The position numbers were made by a program, and so were the translations under genes. Source: Amnibacterium sp. (lineage in GTDB: Bacteria; Actinomycetota; Actinomycetes; Actinomycetales; Microbacteriaceae). From it: DNA of 64,000 nt. Within the stretch, counting starts at the first letter, position 1; each line of letters begins with the position of its first letter. The notes beneath the pieces are model-generated. The model had not been told where the DNA came from. It did no database searches and saw only the letters and a program-made list of their open reading frames with translations. The DNA lies in NCBI RefSeq assembly GCF_025463795.1, contig NZ_JAODBE010000057.1, positions 6,460 to 70,459 on the forward strand. Reading direction: 5' to 3'. Below are positions 9,597 to 19,007 of this stretch, in pieces.

Positions 9597-10346
9597 TCAG
9601 ATCCGCAGCGACGACATGCCGCCGTCGACGGGCAGCACGACGCCCGTCGTCGAGCCCGAGGTCGGGGAGGCGAGGTAGGCGATCGCGGTGGCGACCTCGT
9701 CCGCGGTGACGAGCCGGCCGATCGGCTGGCGCGCCCGCAGCGCGGCCCCGGCGGCCTCGCGGTCCTCGGCGGCGTCGAGCAGGCGGCCCACCCATGGCGT
9801 GTCCGCGGTCCCCGGAGCGACGGCGTTGACACGGATGCCCTCGCGCACGTGGTCCGCCGCCATCGCCACCGTGAGCGCCGCGACCGCGCCCTTGGTCGCA
9901 CTGTAGAGGGCACGGTTCGGCAGGCCGATCAGGGCCGCGCCCGAGCAGGTGTTGACGACCGCGGCGTGCTCCGATCGTCGCAGGTGGGGCAGCGCGGCTC
10001 GGGTGACGCGGGCGATCGCGACGACGTTCACGTCGAGCACGTGGTGCCATTCGGCGTCGTCGTTCGCCGCCACGGATCCGGCGGCTCCGATGCCCGCGTT
10101 GTTCACGAGCACATCGAGGCCGCCGAGCCGCTCGACGGCCTCCGCGACGGCCGCGGTGACCTGCGCCGCGTCGGTCACGTCGCAGGTCACCGCGATCGCG
10201 CCCTCCGGCGTGCCGTCGGTCCTGCGGTCGAGCACCGCGACGTGGGCGCCCCGCTCGAGCAGCGTCCGCGCCGTCGCCTGCCCGATGCCGCTCGCTCCGC
10301 CGGTGACGATCGCGGTGATGCCGTCGAACTCCATGTCATGGATCAT
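9597..10346 (-). CDS. SDR family oxidoreductase
   Basis: This is the C-terminal 249 aa of the artefactual 1216-aa ORF. Contains TGGASGIGQA, NNAG and YSATKGAV. The ATG overlaps the upstream stop (ATGA). Confidence 0.9.
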   Translation of the reverse strand: MIHDMEFDGITAIVTGGASGIGQATARTLLERGAHVAVLDRRTDGTPEGAIAVTCDVTDAAQVTAAVAEAVERLGGLDVLVNNAGIGAAGSVAANDDAEWHHVLDVNVVAIARVTRAALPHLRRSEHAAVVNTCSGAALIGLPNRALYSATKGAVAALTVAMAADHVREGIRVNAVAPGTADTPWVGRLLDAAEDREAAGAALRARQPIGRLVTADEVATAIAYLASPTSGSTTGVVLPVDGGMSSLRI

Positions 10347-11416
10347 CCCAGGCCGCCGATGCGGAGCGCGTCGCGGACGCCGGCGACGAACCGCTCCGGC
10401 TGCTCCCACGCGCCGAAGTGGCCGCCCGCTGTCTCCTCGCGCCAGGCACGCACGTCGAAGGTCCGCTCGGCGAGGGACCTGGGCGCCGGCAGCAGGTCCT
10501 TCGGGAACACGGAGACGGCGGTCGGGACGGCGACGCGGCCGGCTTCCGGCGGCTCGCGCAGGGCGTACGGCGCGAACGAGGTGCCGATCGTGCCGGTCAC
10601 CCAGTAGAGCGTGATCCAGGTCAGCAGATCGTCCAGCGGGAAGACGGCGAGGACGTCGCCGTCGCAGTCGCTCCAGCTCTGCAGCTTCTCCACGAGCCAC
10701 GCGGCGAGCCCGGCGGGGGAGTCGCCGAGCGCGGCGGCGAGCGTGTTCGGCTTCGTCCCCTGCTCCGCCATGTAGGCACCCTCGGCGGTGCGCCACCGCT
10801 GCACCCTGTCGGCGTACGCGCGCTCCTCCTCGCCGAGATCGGCCGGGTCCACGGTGGCGAGCAGCGCGAGCGGCGTGTCGGTGAGGTGGAGCGCCGCGAC
10901 GTGCTCCGGTGCCGATCGGGCGAGTGCCTCGGCGACGCCCGTCCCGATGTCGCCCCCCGACACGACGTAGCGGTCGGCGCCGAGTCCGGCCAGGGCTGTG
11001 GCGATCGGGCGGGCCATCCCGGCGCGCGACGTCCCGGCGGAGTCGCTGTACGGGTAGCCGGGTAGGCACGGCACCACCACGGTCACGTCGGTGAGCAGCG
11101 GCAGGACCTTCGCGAACCGGAGGAACGAGTCCGGCCAGCCGTGCAGCAGCACGACGACCGGCGCACCGGCAGGGCCCTCCTGCACGATCATCCGGAGACC
11201 GTCGGCGCTCCGCCGCCACGGCAGGGCCAGCATGCGGGTCTCGGCGGCGCGCCAGTCGTAGTCGTGCAGCCAGGAGTCGACCAGCCCCGTCAGGAACGCG
11301 GAGCCGACCCCGCGCTCGGGGCCGCCGTCGACTCCCGGAACCGCACGGAACCGACGCTGCCGCTCCCGCAGGTCGTGGAGCACGGCGTCGGGGACCGGGG
11401 CCGGGGCATCCGTCAC
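10343..11416 (-). CDS. Epoxide hydrolase (N-terminal EH domain plus alpha/beta hydrolase fold)
   Basis: Contains HGWPDSF and GGDIGT motifs and ends ...GGHFGAWEQPERF. GTG at 11416 is preceded by GGAGGA at 7-nt spacing. The upstream ATG at 11518 is a less likely start. Confidence 0.85.
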   Translation of the reverse strand: MTDAPAPVPDAVLHDLRERQRRFRAVPGVDGGPERGVGSAFLTGLVDSWLHDYDWRAAETRMLALPWRRSADGLRMIVQEGPAGAPVVVLLHGWPDSFLRFAKVLPLLTDVTVVVPCLPGYPYSDSAGTSRAGMARPIATALAGLGADRYVVSGGDIGTGVAEALARSAPEHVAALHLTDTPLALLATVDPADLGEEERAYADRVQRWRTAEGAYMAEQGTKPNTLAAALGDSPAGLAAWLVEKLQSWSDCDGDVLAVFPLDDLLTWITLYWVTGTIGTSFAPYALREPPEAGRVAVPTAVSVFPKDLLPAPRSLAERTFDVRAWREETAGGHFGAWEQPERFVAGVRDALRIGGLG

Positions 11417-11657
11417 GGATCGATCCTCCGGCAGCTCTTGCCGAATCGCTACCGATTCGTGACCGAACCACCGGTTCGGATGCAGGGAGGGGTGCGAGAG
11501 TGCTGATCTCCTGGTCATGCCCGAATTCGGCAGGGAGGTGGGACCGGATGACGAACCCGACGACGGGACCGCATCTGCGTCCCGGTGCCTGGGCATCGAT
11601 GGCCGTCGTCGCCGGCCTGCTGGTGGCGGTCGTGACGGCCGTCCTGACGATCGGGCC

Positions 11658-12287
11658 GTGACCGACGGACGGCTGACCGTCGCGGTGCTCGGCGCCGGCG
11701 TCGTCGGCCGCACCCTGGCCCGCGGCTGGGCGCGAGCGGGCCATGCCGTGCTCCTCGGGACCCGTGATCCGGACTCCGGCCGCATCCGTGCCGTCCTCGA
11801 CGAGCTGGGCGGCGGCGTCGTGGCCGCGGCGCATGAGAACGCCGCCCGCCGCGCGGACGTCGTGGTCATCACCGTGCCGGGCGACCAGGTCCCCGACCTG
11901 CTGGCCGGGCTCGGCGACGCGCTCGTGGACCGTCCCGTGATCGACGCCTCGAACCGCATGGGGGCTTCCGAGCCCAGCGCCGTGGGCGCGATCCGCGCCG
12001 CCGGAGCGACGCCCTACCGGGCCTACAACAGTGTCGGCGTCGAGCAGATGGCGGAGCCCGCGTTCGGCGGCGTGCCGAGCGACCTGCTCTACGCCGGCCC
12101 GTCCTCGTTCAGCGCGGTGGTCGAGGGACTCATCCGCGACACCGGCTTCCGGCCCGTGCACGCCGGCGACGACGACGGCGCCTACGCGGCCGTCGACGCG
12201 CTCGGCCGGGTGTGGATCCAGCTCGTCTTCCGCGCCGGGTACGGCCGGCGGCTCGGGTTCCGGATCCTGACCGCCGAGGACGACTGA
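11658..12287 (+). CDS. NAD(P)-binding oxidoreductase, F420-dependent NADP reductase-like (PF03807-type)
   Basis: VAVLGAGVVGRTLARGWARAGHAVLLGTRDP Rossmann N-terminus. Start chosen at in-frame GTG 11658. The upstream part of track ORF 11517.. is low-complexity. Confidence 0.75.
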   Translation: MTDGRLTVAVLGAGVVGRTLARGWARAGHAVLLGTRDPDSGRIRAVLDELGGGVVAAAHENAARRADVVVITVPGDQVPDLLAGLGDALVDRPVIDASNRMGASEPSAVGAIRAAGATPYRAYNSVGVEQMAEPAFGGVPSDLLYAGPSSFSAVVEGLIRDTGFRPVHAGDDDGAYAAVDALGRVWIQLVFRAGYGRRLGFRILTAEDD

Positions 12288-12457
12288 CCGCCACCCGGTC
12301 TCCACCCCCGGGTGGTGGTTCCCGCCGCCGCGGCGCCCGAGGCTGCTGCGATGACCCTCTCCGCTGTCGCGTACCTGGTCCTCGCGCTCGCAATCGGCGC
12401 CCTCATGGGGCGGATCACCGTGTTCCCCATCGGCCGGTCGCGGTCCGACCGCTCCGC

Positions 12458-12925
12458 TCAGAAGCCGCCCTGCGCGCCGAACGCGTTGCCGCTCGCGCCG
12501 AGCGAGCCGGTCGGCCGCTCGTAGGGCAGGGCCTGCTCGGCGTCGATCGCGCCGTTGGTCTGGTCGAAGGTGTGGCCGAGCTGCAGCGGGATCCAGACCC
12601 GCGGTCGCCGGCGCCGGCTGAGCAGGCGCACCGGCGCGAGCAGCGACATCCCCGTCTCGATCGCCGTGCGACGCCACTCGAGGTCGCGACGCATGCCGAG
12701 CACCGTGCGGAGCACGAGCGCGCCGCCGGCTCGCGGGCCGGACCAGCCGTAGTGGTCCTTCGCCATCGCGCATTCCCAGAGCTCGAACTCCACCTCGGCC
12801 CGGCGGTGCTCGGCGAGGCGCGGGTCGAGCCGCCGTGTGTACAGCCGTACCCACGACGTCACGATGCGCACCCCGGCCTCGTGGATGTGCGACGACCGCG
12901 GGTGCGGGAGAGGCTCCTGCGCCAT
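12458..12925 (-). CDS. Hypothetical protein (155 aa)
   Basis: G/C third-position bias is strong only downstream of ATG 12925: MAQEPLPHPRSSHIHEAGVRIVTSWVRLYTRRLDPRLAEHRRAEVEFELWE... The N-terminal 50 codons of the track ORF have mixed third positions. Confidence 0.55.
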   Translation of the reverse strand: MAQEPLPHPRSSHIHEAGVRIVTSWVRLYTRRLDPRLAEHRRAEVEFELWECAMAKDHYGWSGPRAGGALVLRTVLGMRRDLEWRRTAIETGMSLLAPVRLLSRRRRPRVWIPLQLGHTFDQTNGAIDAEQALPYERPTGSLGASGNAFGAQGGF

Positions 12926-13092
12926 GTGCGGACGGTACGCCTGTCGGCGTCGTTCGTAAACGGGGAGATCTGGGTGCTCGCTGGGAGTCGCGGGCCCCCT
13001 CCGTGCCGGTGGGGGCGGTGCTGCCGTGGCGACCCCTCGCGGGGGTATGGAATGGACCCCATGCGGATGCTGCACCGGGTCGGCCGGGGACG

Positions 13093-13194
13093 ATGATCGG
13101 CGGCACGCCGTGGCTGATCGTGCAGGTGCTGATCCTGCTCGGAGCGCTGGTGGTGACGGTGCTCGCCCTCGTCCGGGCGTTCCGCCGGCGCTGA
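13093..13194 (+). CDS. Possible 33-aa single-TM micro-protein
   Basis: MIGGTPWLIVQVLILLGALVVTVLALVRAFRRR has G/C-rich third positions, a hydrophobic core and a basic tail. The Shine-Dalgarno sequence is weak and it lies within an artefactual longer ORF. Confidence 0.25.
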   Translation: MIGGTPWLIVQVLILLGALVVTVLALVRAFRRR

Positions 13195-13271
13195 CGGGCG
13201 CGCTCGCCTACCCGGACGCGTTCCGGGCGCTCGACGGCGCCGGCCACCGCAGGGCCGGATCGATCAGGGCC

Positions 13272-14102
13272 TCACGCGTCGAAGTCGGTGGAGCGGCTGA
13301 GCCGCTCCCACTCGTCGACCTCGGTGCGGAGCGCGTCGAGCGCCGCCCGGAACCCGTCGGAGGCGTCGTTGCCGAGCAGGAGCATGTACGGCGGATGCTC
13401 GGACTCGACCGCGCTGAGCAGGGCCTCGGCGGCCTTGGCGGGGTCGCCCGGCTGGGTGCCGTGCACGGTGTCGTGCTCCTTGCGGCGCCTGCCCGCGGTG
13501 TCGGCGTAGTCGGGGATCGGCGACGCCGCCTGCATCAGCGAGCGCCCGGCGAAGTCGGTGCGGAACCCCCCGGGCTCCACCGCCATCGCGGTGATGCCGA
13601 GCGGGGCGACCTCCTTCCGAAGGGACAGCGTCAGCGCCTCGATCGCCGCCTTCACTGCGGCGTAGTAGCCGGAGCCCTCCGGGCAGATCCGGGCGCCGAT
13701 GGAGGAGAGGTTGACGATCGTGCCCGACCGGCGCGCGCGCATGGCCGGCAGGACCGCCTTGATCGTGCGGACGGTGCCGAACACATGCGTCTCGAACAGC
13801 TGCCGCACGTCCGCGTCGTCGCCCTCCTCGAGCGCGGCGCGATAGCCGTACCCGGCGTTGTTCACGAGCACGTCGATCCGCCCGAAGCGCTCCTCCGCGG
13901 CCCGGACCGCTTCGGCGACCTGGGCGTCGTCGGTGACGTCGAGGGACAGGGCGAGGGCGGCGGCCGGGTGCGCGTCCGCGAGGTCCTGCACCCTCGCGAC
14001 GTCGCGGGCGGTCACGACGACGGTGTGGCCGTGCGCGAGCGCCGCCTCGGCGAAGGCGCGGCCGAGTCCGGTCGAGCAGCCGGTGATGAACCAGGTGGCC
14101 AT
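13272..14102 (-). CDS. SDR family oxidoreductase
   Basis: MATWFITGCSTGLGRA, NNAGYG and YYAAVKAAIE (YxxxK). Uses the internal ATG of track ORF 13272..14147. Confidence 0.9.
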   Translation of the reverse strand: MATWFITGCSTGLGRAFAEAALAHGHTVVVTARDVARVQDLADAHPAAALALSLDVTDDAQVAEAVRAAEERFGRIDVLVNNAGYGYRAALEEGDDADVRQLFETHVFGTVRTIKAVLPAMRARRSGTIVNLSSIGARICPEGSGYYAAVKAAIEALTLSLRKEVAPLGITAMAVEPGGFRTDFAGRSLMQAASPIPDYADTAGRRRKEHDTVHGTQPGDPAKAAEALLSAVESEHPPYMLLLGNDASDGFRAALDALRTEVDEWERLSRSTDFDA

Positions 14103-14240
14103 GGGAGTCCTGCTTTCGTCGTGCGGATGGATCGGTCCTGTCGCCACGCTAGGACCGTCCGCCTGCGGGAATCGGGGGACGCCCGAGATCGCCTCCTCAG
14201 CCTGCGCGGGTTACCGTGGAGCAGGAACCGGAACCTCCCC

Positions 14241-14831
14241 ATGACGACGAATCGACCCTCGGACGCCCGCCTGGCCGCCGCACGCTACGAGGTCGAGCGC
14301 GTCGCGCCCCCGGATCCGAAGGCCGACGACGAGGCGAACGCCGGGCAGCCGACGATGGACCAGCGGGCCCGGATCGTCGAGATCGCCATCCAGCAGGCGC
14401 AGCGGCGCGGGGACTTCGACGGGCTCCCGGGGGCGGGCAAGCCGCTCACGGGACTCGACGGGGTCCGGGACCCGGACTGGTGGATCCGCCGCAAGATCGA
14501 GCGGGAGAACCTCACCGGGATCGGTCCGCCTGCGCTCACCCTGCGCGCCGAGGATCGGGGCCTCGACGAGCGGCTCGACGGCGTCGCGAGCGAGACCGCC
14601 GTGCGCGAGCTGCTCGAGGACTTCAACCGCCGCGTGCGGGAGGCGCGACGGCAGCTGCAGGGCGGGCCGCCGGTCGTCACACCCACCCGCGACGTCGACG
14701 CGGAGGTGTGCGCGTGGCGGGAGCGCCGCGTCGAGCGGTGGCGGGTCGTGGACGAGCAGCGGCGTCGCGAGGCTGAGGAGCTGGCGTCGATGTCCTGGCG
14801 GCAGCGGCGCCGGGCCCGGCGCCGGGTCTGA
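14241..14831 (+). CDS. DUF1992 (DnaJC28-like) domain protein
   Basis: This is the tail of track ORF 13026..14831. RGDFDGLPGAGKPL is the hallmark of the family. The C-terminus is Arg-rich. Confidence 0.85.
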   Translation: MTTNRPSDARLAAARYEVERVAPPDPKADDEANAGQPTMDQRARIVEIAIQQAQRRGDFDGLPGAGKPLTGLDGVRDPDWWIRRKIERENLTGIGPPALTLRAEDRGLDERLDGVASETAVRELLEDFNRRVREARRQLQGGPPVVTPTRDVDAEVCAWRERRVERWRVVDEQRRREAEELASMSWRQRRRARRRV

Positions 14832-14874
14832 TCCCGCGCCGTCGCCGCATCGGGGACCCGCTGCGGATGGTTCG

Positions 14875-15660
14875 ATGCCTGCTGTGACCGACACGCCGCC
14901 GGAGCCGGTGCTCCTCGCCTTCGGGGCTGCGGCGCCGCCGGTGCGGCTGCCCGGTGGGCGGGGCACGTCCTGGCGTGCGGGCGAGCTCGTGCTGAAGCCG
15001 GCGCCGAGCGGGGCGCTGCCCACGATCGAGTGGCTCGACCGGGTCGCTCCGTCGGTCTCGGCGAGGGCGCGGCTCCGCCTCGCGGTGCCGGTCCGGGCCG
15101 CCGACGGCGCCCTGGTCGTGGACGGGTGGTCCGCGACGCGATGGCTGCCGGGTGCTGCGCCCGTCGGCGCATGGCTCGACCGGGCCGCGGTCGCCCGGGA
15201 GCTCGCTGGCGCGTTCGCATCCGTCGACCCGCTCGAGCTGCCGCGACGCGACGATGCATGGGCGACGGCCGACCGCATCGCATGGGACGAGGAGGACGGC
15301 CCGCTCGGCGACCACCCGCTGGCCCGGGTGCGCACACCGCTGGCGGCGGCGGAGGAGACCGTGGTGCACGGCGATCTCGCCGGCAACACCCTCCTCCATC
15401 CGGAGCTGCCTCCCGCGGTGATCGACCTCTCCCTGTACGCCCGGCCCGTCGAGTGGTCGGTCGCGGTCCTCGCCGTGGACGTGGTCGCCTTCGACGGGGC
15501 GCCGATCGAGCTGCTGCGCACGATCAGTCCCGATCCCTCCTTCCCGCAGCACCTGGTGCGGGCGCTGCTGTTCCGGATGATCACGGACGAGCTGCTCGGC
15601 GACGCGCCCCGACCGGCCTACCTGCCCGTCGTCGAGCAGGTCCTCGCACTCGCCCGCTGA
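14875..15660 (+). CDS. Kinase-fold (aminoglycoside phosphotransferase-like) protein. Resembles the actinobacterial TIGR02569 family from memory.
   Basis: Brenner-type motif VVHGDLAGNTLL followed by VIDLSLY. N-terminus is LLAFGAAAPPVRLPGGRGTSWRAGELVLKP. Confidence 0.7.
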   Translation: MPAVTDTPPEPVLLAFGAAAPPVRLPGGRGTSWRAGELVLKPAPSGALPTIEWLDRVAPSVSARARLRLAVPVRAADGALVVDGWSATRWLPGAAPVGAWLDRAAVARELAGAFASVDPLELPRRDDAWATADRIAWDEEDGPLGDHPLARVRTPLAAAEETVVHGDLAGNTLLHPELPPAVIDLSLYARPVEWSVAVLAVDVVAFDGAPIELLRTISPDPSFPQHLVRALLFRMITDELLGDAPRPAYLPVVEQVLALAR

Positions 15661-15681
15661 GTCTCGACCGCACGCCCGGTC

Positions 15682-16218
15682 TCACCGCGTCGCGATCGCC
15701 TCGGCCACCCAGCGGCGCCAGCGGTCCCACGGATCGGTGCCGCCGGCCAGCACGTCGATGTGGGCGCGGAGCCGGTCGCTCAGCTCGAACCATTCGCTCG
15801 ATCCCGCCCGCTCGACCGCGAACTCGCCGTGCCTGCGCTGCTCGAGCCGACGGTCGCCGCGCTCAAAGGCGAGGACCGTCTCGTGGCGGATCGCGGCGAA
15901 GCGCTGCCGGGGATTGGCGGTCGTGCCGATCTTCACCCGGTCGCCGAAGCCCAGGTAGTAGACGATGTCGACCCGGGGCGGCGGCAGCTCCCCGTCGGGG
16001 TGCTCGCCGTGCGGCCAGTCGCACACGGCGCAGATCCAGCCCGACGGGAGCCGAAGGCCGACCCGTGAGCCGCAGAGGCGGCACGGCGACGGCAGCAGGT
16101 CCGCGACGCCGAAGGCGGATCCGTGCAGCTCGGCGGCGACGGCGAGGTGCGTGCCGCAGAGCGGGAGCACCTCCGGACGCTCCGCGACGTCGACGCAGCC
16201 CGGGATCGCGCACGGCAC
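15682..16218 (-). CDS. GIY-YIG / T5orf172-type nuclease-domain protein with an N-terminal Cys-rich (zinc-ribbon-like) region
   Basis: The N-terminal ~66 aa carry 7 Cys (CAIPGC...C; CRLC...CAVC). The C-terminal domain is VYYLGFGDRVKIGTTANPRQRFAAIRHE...EWFELS. Confidence 0.8.
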   Translation of the reverse strand: MPCAIPGCVDVAERPEVLPLCGTHLAVAAELHGSAFGVADLLPSPCRLCGSRVGLRLPSGWICAVCDWPHGEHPDGELPPPRVDIVYYLGFGDRVKIGTTANPRQRFAAIRHETVLAFERGDRRLEQRRHGEFAVERAGSSEWFELSDRLRAHIDVLAGGTDPWDRWRRWVAEAIATR

Positions 16219-16379
16219 GGGGGCCGGTGCGCCGGACGGCGGGGCTGGCGGAGCGATGGGTCATGGTAGGGACGCTCCACCGACAGCGGGTCCCGGCCGG
16301 GCGCCCGAATTGTCCTCACCCCGGCTCGGCGCTCGTCGTCCCAGTGTGGCCGCGTCACGGCCGACGTGAGGAGCCCCGC

Positions 16380-17150
16380 ATGACCGACTTCGTGTCCTCG
16401 ACGGACGGCACCGCGATCGCCTACGACTCCGTCGGCCAGGGGCCGACGCTGGTGCTCGTCGGCGGCGCCTTCAGCACCCGGCAGTCCATGCGGCCGCTCG
16501 CGGACCTGCTCGCGCCCCGCTTCGAGGTCGTCGTGTACGACCGCCGGGGCCGTGGCGACAGCGGTCCGACGGCCTGGGTGTCCGCGGAGCAGCAGGTCGA
16601 CGATCTGCTGGCGATCGCCGCGGTGACGGGGAGGGCGATGGTGTTCGGGCACTCGAGCGGCGGGGTGCTCGCACTGCTCGCCGCGTCCGAGTCGCCCGCG
16701 ATCACGCGCGTCGCCGCCTACGAGCCGCCCCTGCTCACGGACGGCGGCGCGGACCCGACGGCGACGCCCTTCGCGGCCGAGCTCCGTGCGCTGCTCGAGG
16801 CCGGCCGGAACGAGGACGCGACCGTGGCCTGGTTCACCCGCACATCCGGCGGTCACTTCGACGAGCGGATGCGGTCGCTGCCGTGGTGGCCGTCCCTGGT
16901 CGCAGTCGCGCACACCCTGCCTGACGAGCGCGCGCTGATCGGTGACGGCCACGTGCCGGACCGGTTCGGTGCGATCGCCGTCCCGACGCTGCTGCTGCAC
17001 GGCGGCCTGAGCCCCGAGTGGGCGGCGGCCTCGTCCGCGGCGGTGGCTGCGAGGATCCGCGGCGCCCGCGTCGCGTCGGTGCCGAACGAGGACCACATCG
17101 TGCGCTTCGAGGCGCTCGTGCCGGTGCTCGAGCCGTTCCTCCGACCGTGA
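16380..17150 (+). CDS. Alpha/beta hydrolase
   Basis: GTGAGGAG precedes ATG 16380. Nucleophile elbow VFGHSSGG. This is the tail of the artefactual 706-aa ORF. Confidence 0.9.
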   Translation: MTDFVSSTDGTAIAYDSVGQGPTLVLVGGAFSTRQSMRPLADLLAPRFEVVVYDRRGRGDSGPTAWVSAEQQVDDLLAIAAVTGRAMVFGHSSGGVLALLAASESPAITRVAAYEPPLLTDGGADPTATPFAAELRALLEAGRNEDATVAWFTRTSGGHFDERMRSLPWWPSLVAVAHTLPDERALIGDGHVPDRFGAIAVPTLLLHGGLSPEWAAASSAAVAARIRGARVASVPNEDHIVRFEALVPVLEPFLRP

Positions 17151-18565
17151 CCGAGAAGACGGCGGTCGCTCTCCCCGCCGACCCCGGCACGGCGCGACGC
17201 CGCGGCCTCCTCCTCACGCTCTGCGGGGCCTTCTTCCTCGACGTGCTCGGCTCGACGAGCGTGTTCGCGGCGTCACCGGTCCTCGGCGGTGCCATGCACC
17301 TCGATGCGACGGCCCTGCAGTGGCTCTTCACCGCCGCCACCCTGCCCGGGGGAGCGGTGCTGCTCATCGGCGGCAACCTCGCCGACCGGTACGGCGGACG
17401 GCGGATGTTCCTGCTGGGCCTCGCCGCCTTCACGGTCGCGTCCCTCGGCTGCGCCGTCACCGACGTCTACGCGGTCCTCCTGGTGTGCCGCGTGCTGCAG
17501 GGCGTCGCCGCCGGGCTGTTCGTGCCCGCCTCCCTCGCCGTGCTGCTGGCGACGTTCACCGCCGGCGCCGAGCGGACGAGGGCGCTCGCGATCTGGTCGA
17601 CCGTGAGCGGCGTGGGCGCCACGGCGGGGCTGCTGCTCGGCGGCCTGCTCACGGGAGCCATCGGGTGGCGATGGGTCTTCCTCGTCAACGTGCCCGGCGG
17701 CCTGCTGCTCGGCGCGGCCGCCCTGCTTCTGCTGCCGCGGCTGCCGGGCCGCGCCCGCGAACGCCTCGACCTCGCGGGCCTCGGAACGTTCACCATCGGT
17801 GCCGCCGCCGTGATCTTCGGGCTGACCGACGTCCCGGAGCACGGTCTGACGCCGATCTCGGTCATCGCGACCCTCGGCGGAGCCGCTGCGCTCGTCGTCT
17901 TCGTGGTCGTCGAACGGTCGGCCGCGGTTCCCGCCCTGCCGCTGCGGCTGCTGCGGCTGCCTCGCGTCGCCGGCGGACTCGCGGCGCTCGTCGCCGCCGG
18001 CCTGACGGTCGACGGGCTGCTCTTCGCACTCACCCTGTTCACGCAGCGGCAGCTCGGCTGGAACGCCCTGGGCTTCGCCGCAGCCGCCGCCGTGATGACG
18101 GTCACCTCGATCGGGTCCTCCTGGGTGGCCGGCCGTCTCGTCCCACGCCTCGGCGCACCGGCACTCGCGGCGATCGGCCTGCTCGTCCTCGGCGCGGCGG
18201 GGGTCTGCTTCGCGGGCATGGCGCTCGGCGCGGTGCTGCTGCTCGTCCCCGGCCTGGTCCTGTTCGGCGTCGGCATGGGCCCCGCCTACGTCGGCGGGTC
18301 GAACGCCTCCCTCCTCGACGTGCCGTCCGAGGACGCCGGCGCGGCGGGCGCCCTGCAGAACATCGCCTTCACCGCCGGCTCGGTCGCCGGTGTCGCGCTC
18401 TACGCCACCGTGACGTCCGCGGCGGCCGCGCTCGCCGGATCCACGACCTACCTCCCGGCGTTCGCGATCGGCGCGCTGCTGATGCTGGTCGTCGCGGGCG
18501 TGCTCGCGCTCGCAGCGAGGGAAGGATCGACGGATGAGGCGGCGTCGGTGGCGTCGGTCGCCTGA
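17147..18565 (+). CDS. MFS transporter, DHA2 (14-TMS drug:H+ antiporter)-like
   Basis: The GTG start overlaps the upstream stop (GTGA). Contains LADRYGGRRMFLLG and many TM segments. Confidence 0.9.
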   Translation: MTEKTAVALPADPGTARRRGLLLTLCGAFFLDVLGSTSVFAASPVLGGAMHLDATALQWLFTAATLPGGAVLLIGGNLADRYGGRRMFLLGLAAFTVASLGCAVTDVYAVLLVCRVLQGVAAGLFVPASLAVLLATFTAGAERTRALAIWSTVSGVGATAGLLLGGLLTGAIGWRWVFLVNVPGGLLLGAAALLLLPRLPGRARERLDLAGLGTFTIGAAAVIFGLTDVPEHGLTPISVIATLGGAAALVVFVVVERSAAVPALPLRLLRLPRVAGGLAALVAAGLTVDGLLFALTLFTQRQLGWNALGFAAAAAVMTVTSIGSSWVAGRLVPRLGAPALAAIGLLVLGAAGVCFAGMALGAVLLLVPGLVLFGVGMGPAYVGGSNASLLDVPSEDAGAAGALQNIAFTAGSVAGVALYATVTSAAAALAGSTTYLPAFAIGALLMLVVAGVLALAAREGSTDEAASVASVA

Positions 18566-18623
18566 CCGGCCCGGGCATACTGCTGTCCCAGCGCAGCGGG
18601 CGCGGGACCGGGCAGGAGGACGG

Positions 18624-18986
18624 ATGGTCGTGGTCGATGCGCGGTCGGCCGTGCCGCCGTACGAGCAGGTGCGTGCGCAGCTCGCGGCGCAGATCCGCGA
18701 CGGCGAGCTGCGTGTCGGGGACCGGCTGCCGACCGTTCGGGGTCTCGCCGAGGAGCTCGGCATCGCGGCCAACACCGTCGCCCGGGCCTACCGGGAGCTC
18801 GAGCAGGAGCGCCTCGTCGAGACGCGGGGACGTAACGGCACGACCGTCGCCTGGTCGCAGGACGACGCGGAGCGCGAGCTGCAGCAGGCGGCCGCGCAGT
18901 ACGCGGGTCGTGCGCGGGCGCTGGGCGTGGAGCCTGCGACGGCCGCTCGCGTCGTGGGCCGCGCCCTCGGACTCCGCGCCCGCTGA
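18624..18986 (+). CDS. GntR-family (short, YtrA-like) transcriptional regulator
   Basis: AGGAGGA precedes ATG 18624. Winged helix-turn-helix LPTVRGLAEELGIAANTVARAYRELEQERLVETRGRNGTTV. Confidence 0.88.
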   Translation: MVVVDARSAVPPYEQVRAQLAAQIRDGELRVGDRLPTVRGLAEELGIAANTVARAYRELEQERLVETRGRNGTTVAWSQDDAERELQQAAAQYAGRARALGVEPATAARVVGRALGLRAR

Positions 18987-19007
18987 GGGGTGGTCGGCCT
19001 CTCGCCG

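Noticed and set aside
12351-12524. 57-aa ORF with a hydrophobic N-terminus (MTLSAVAYLVLALAIGALMG...)
   Set aside because: Its 3' third overlaps the convergent gene 12458..12925. The G/C third-position signal there is explained by that gene. It has no Shine-Dalgarno sequence, so it is not supportable.
9597-13247. 1216-aa ORF on the minus strand
   Set aside because: Only the last 249 codons (an SDR) look like protein. The rest reads through an epoxide hydrolase gene in another frame and through genes on the opposite strand. The same logic was used to trim 25..1572, 13026..14831, 15030..17150, 18990..20117, 20755..23295, 28695..30563, 30571..32190, 33548..35413, 38824..40980, 48780..50063 and 61661..63058.
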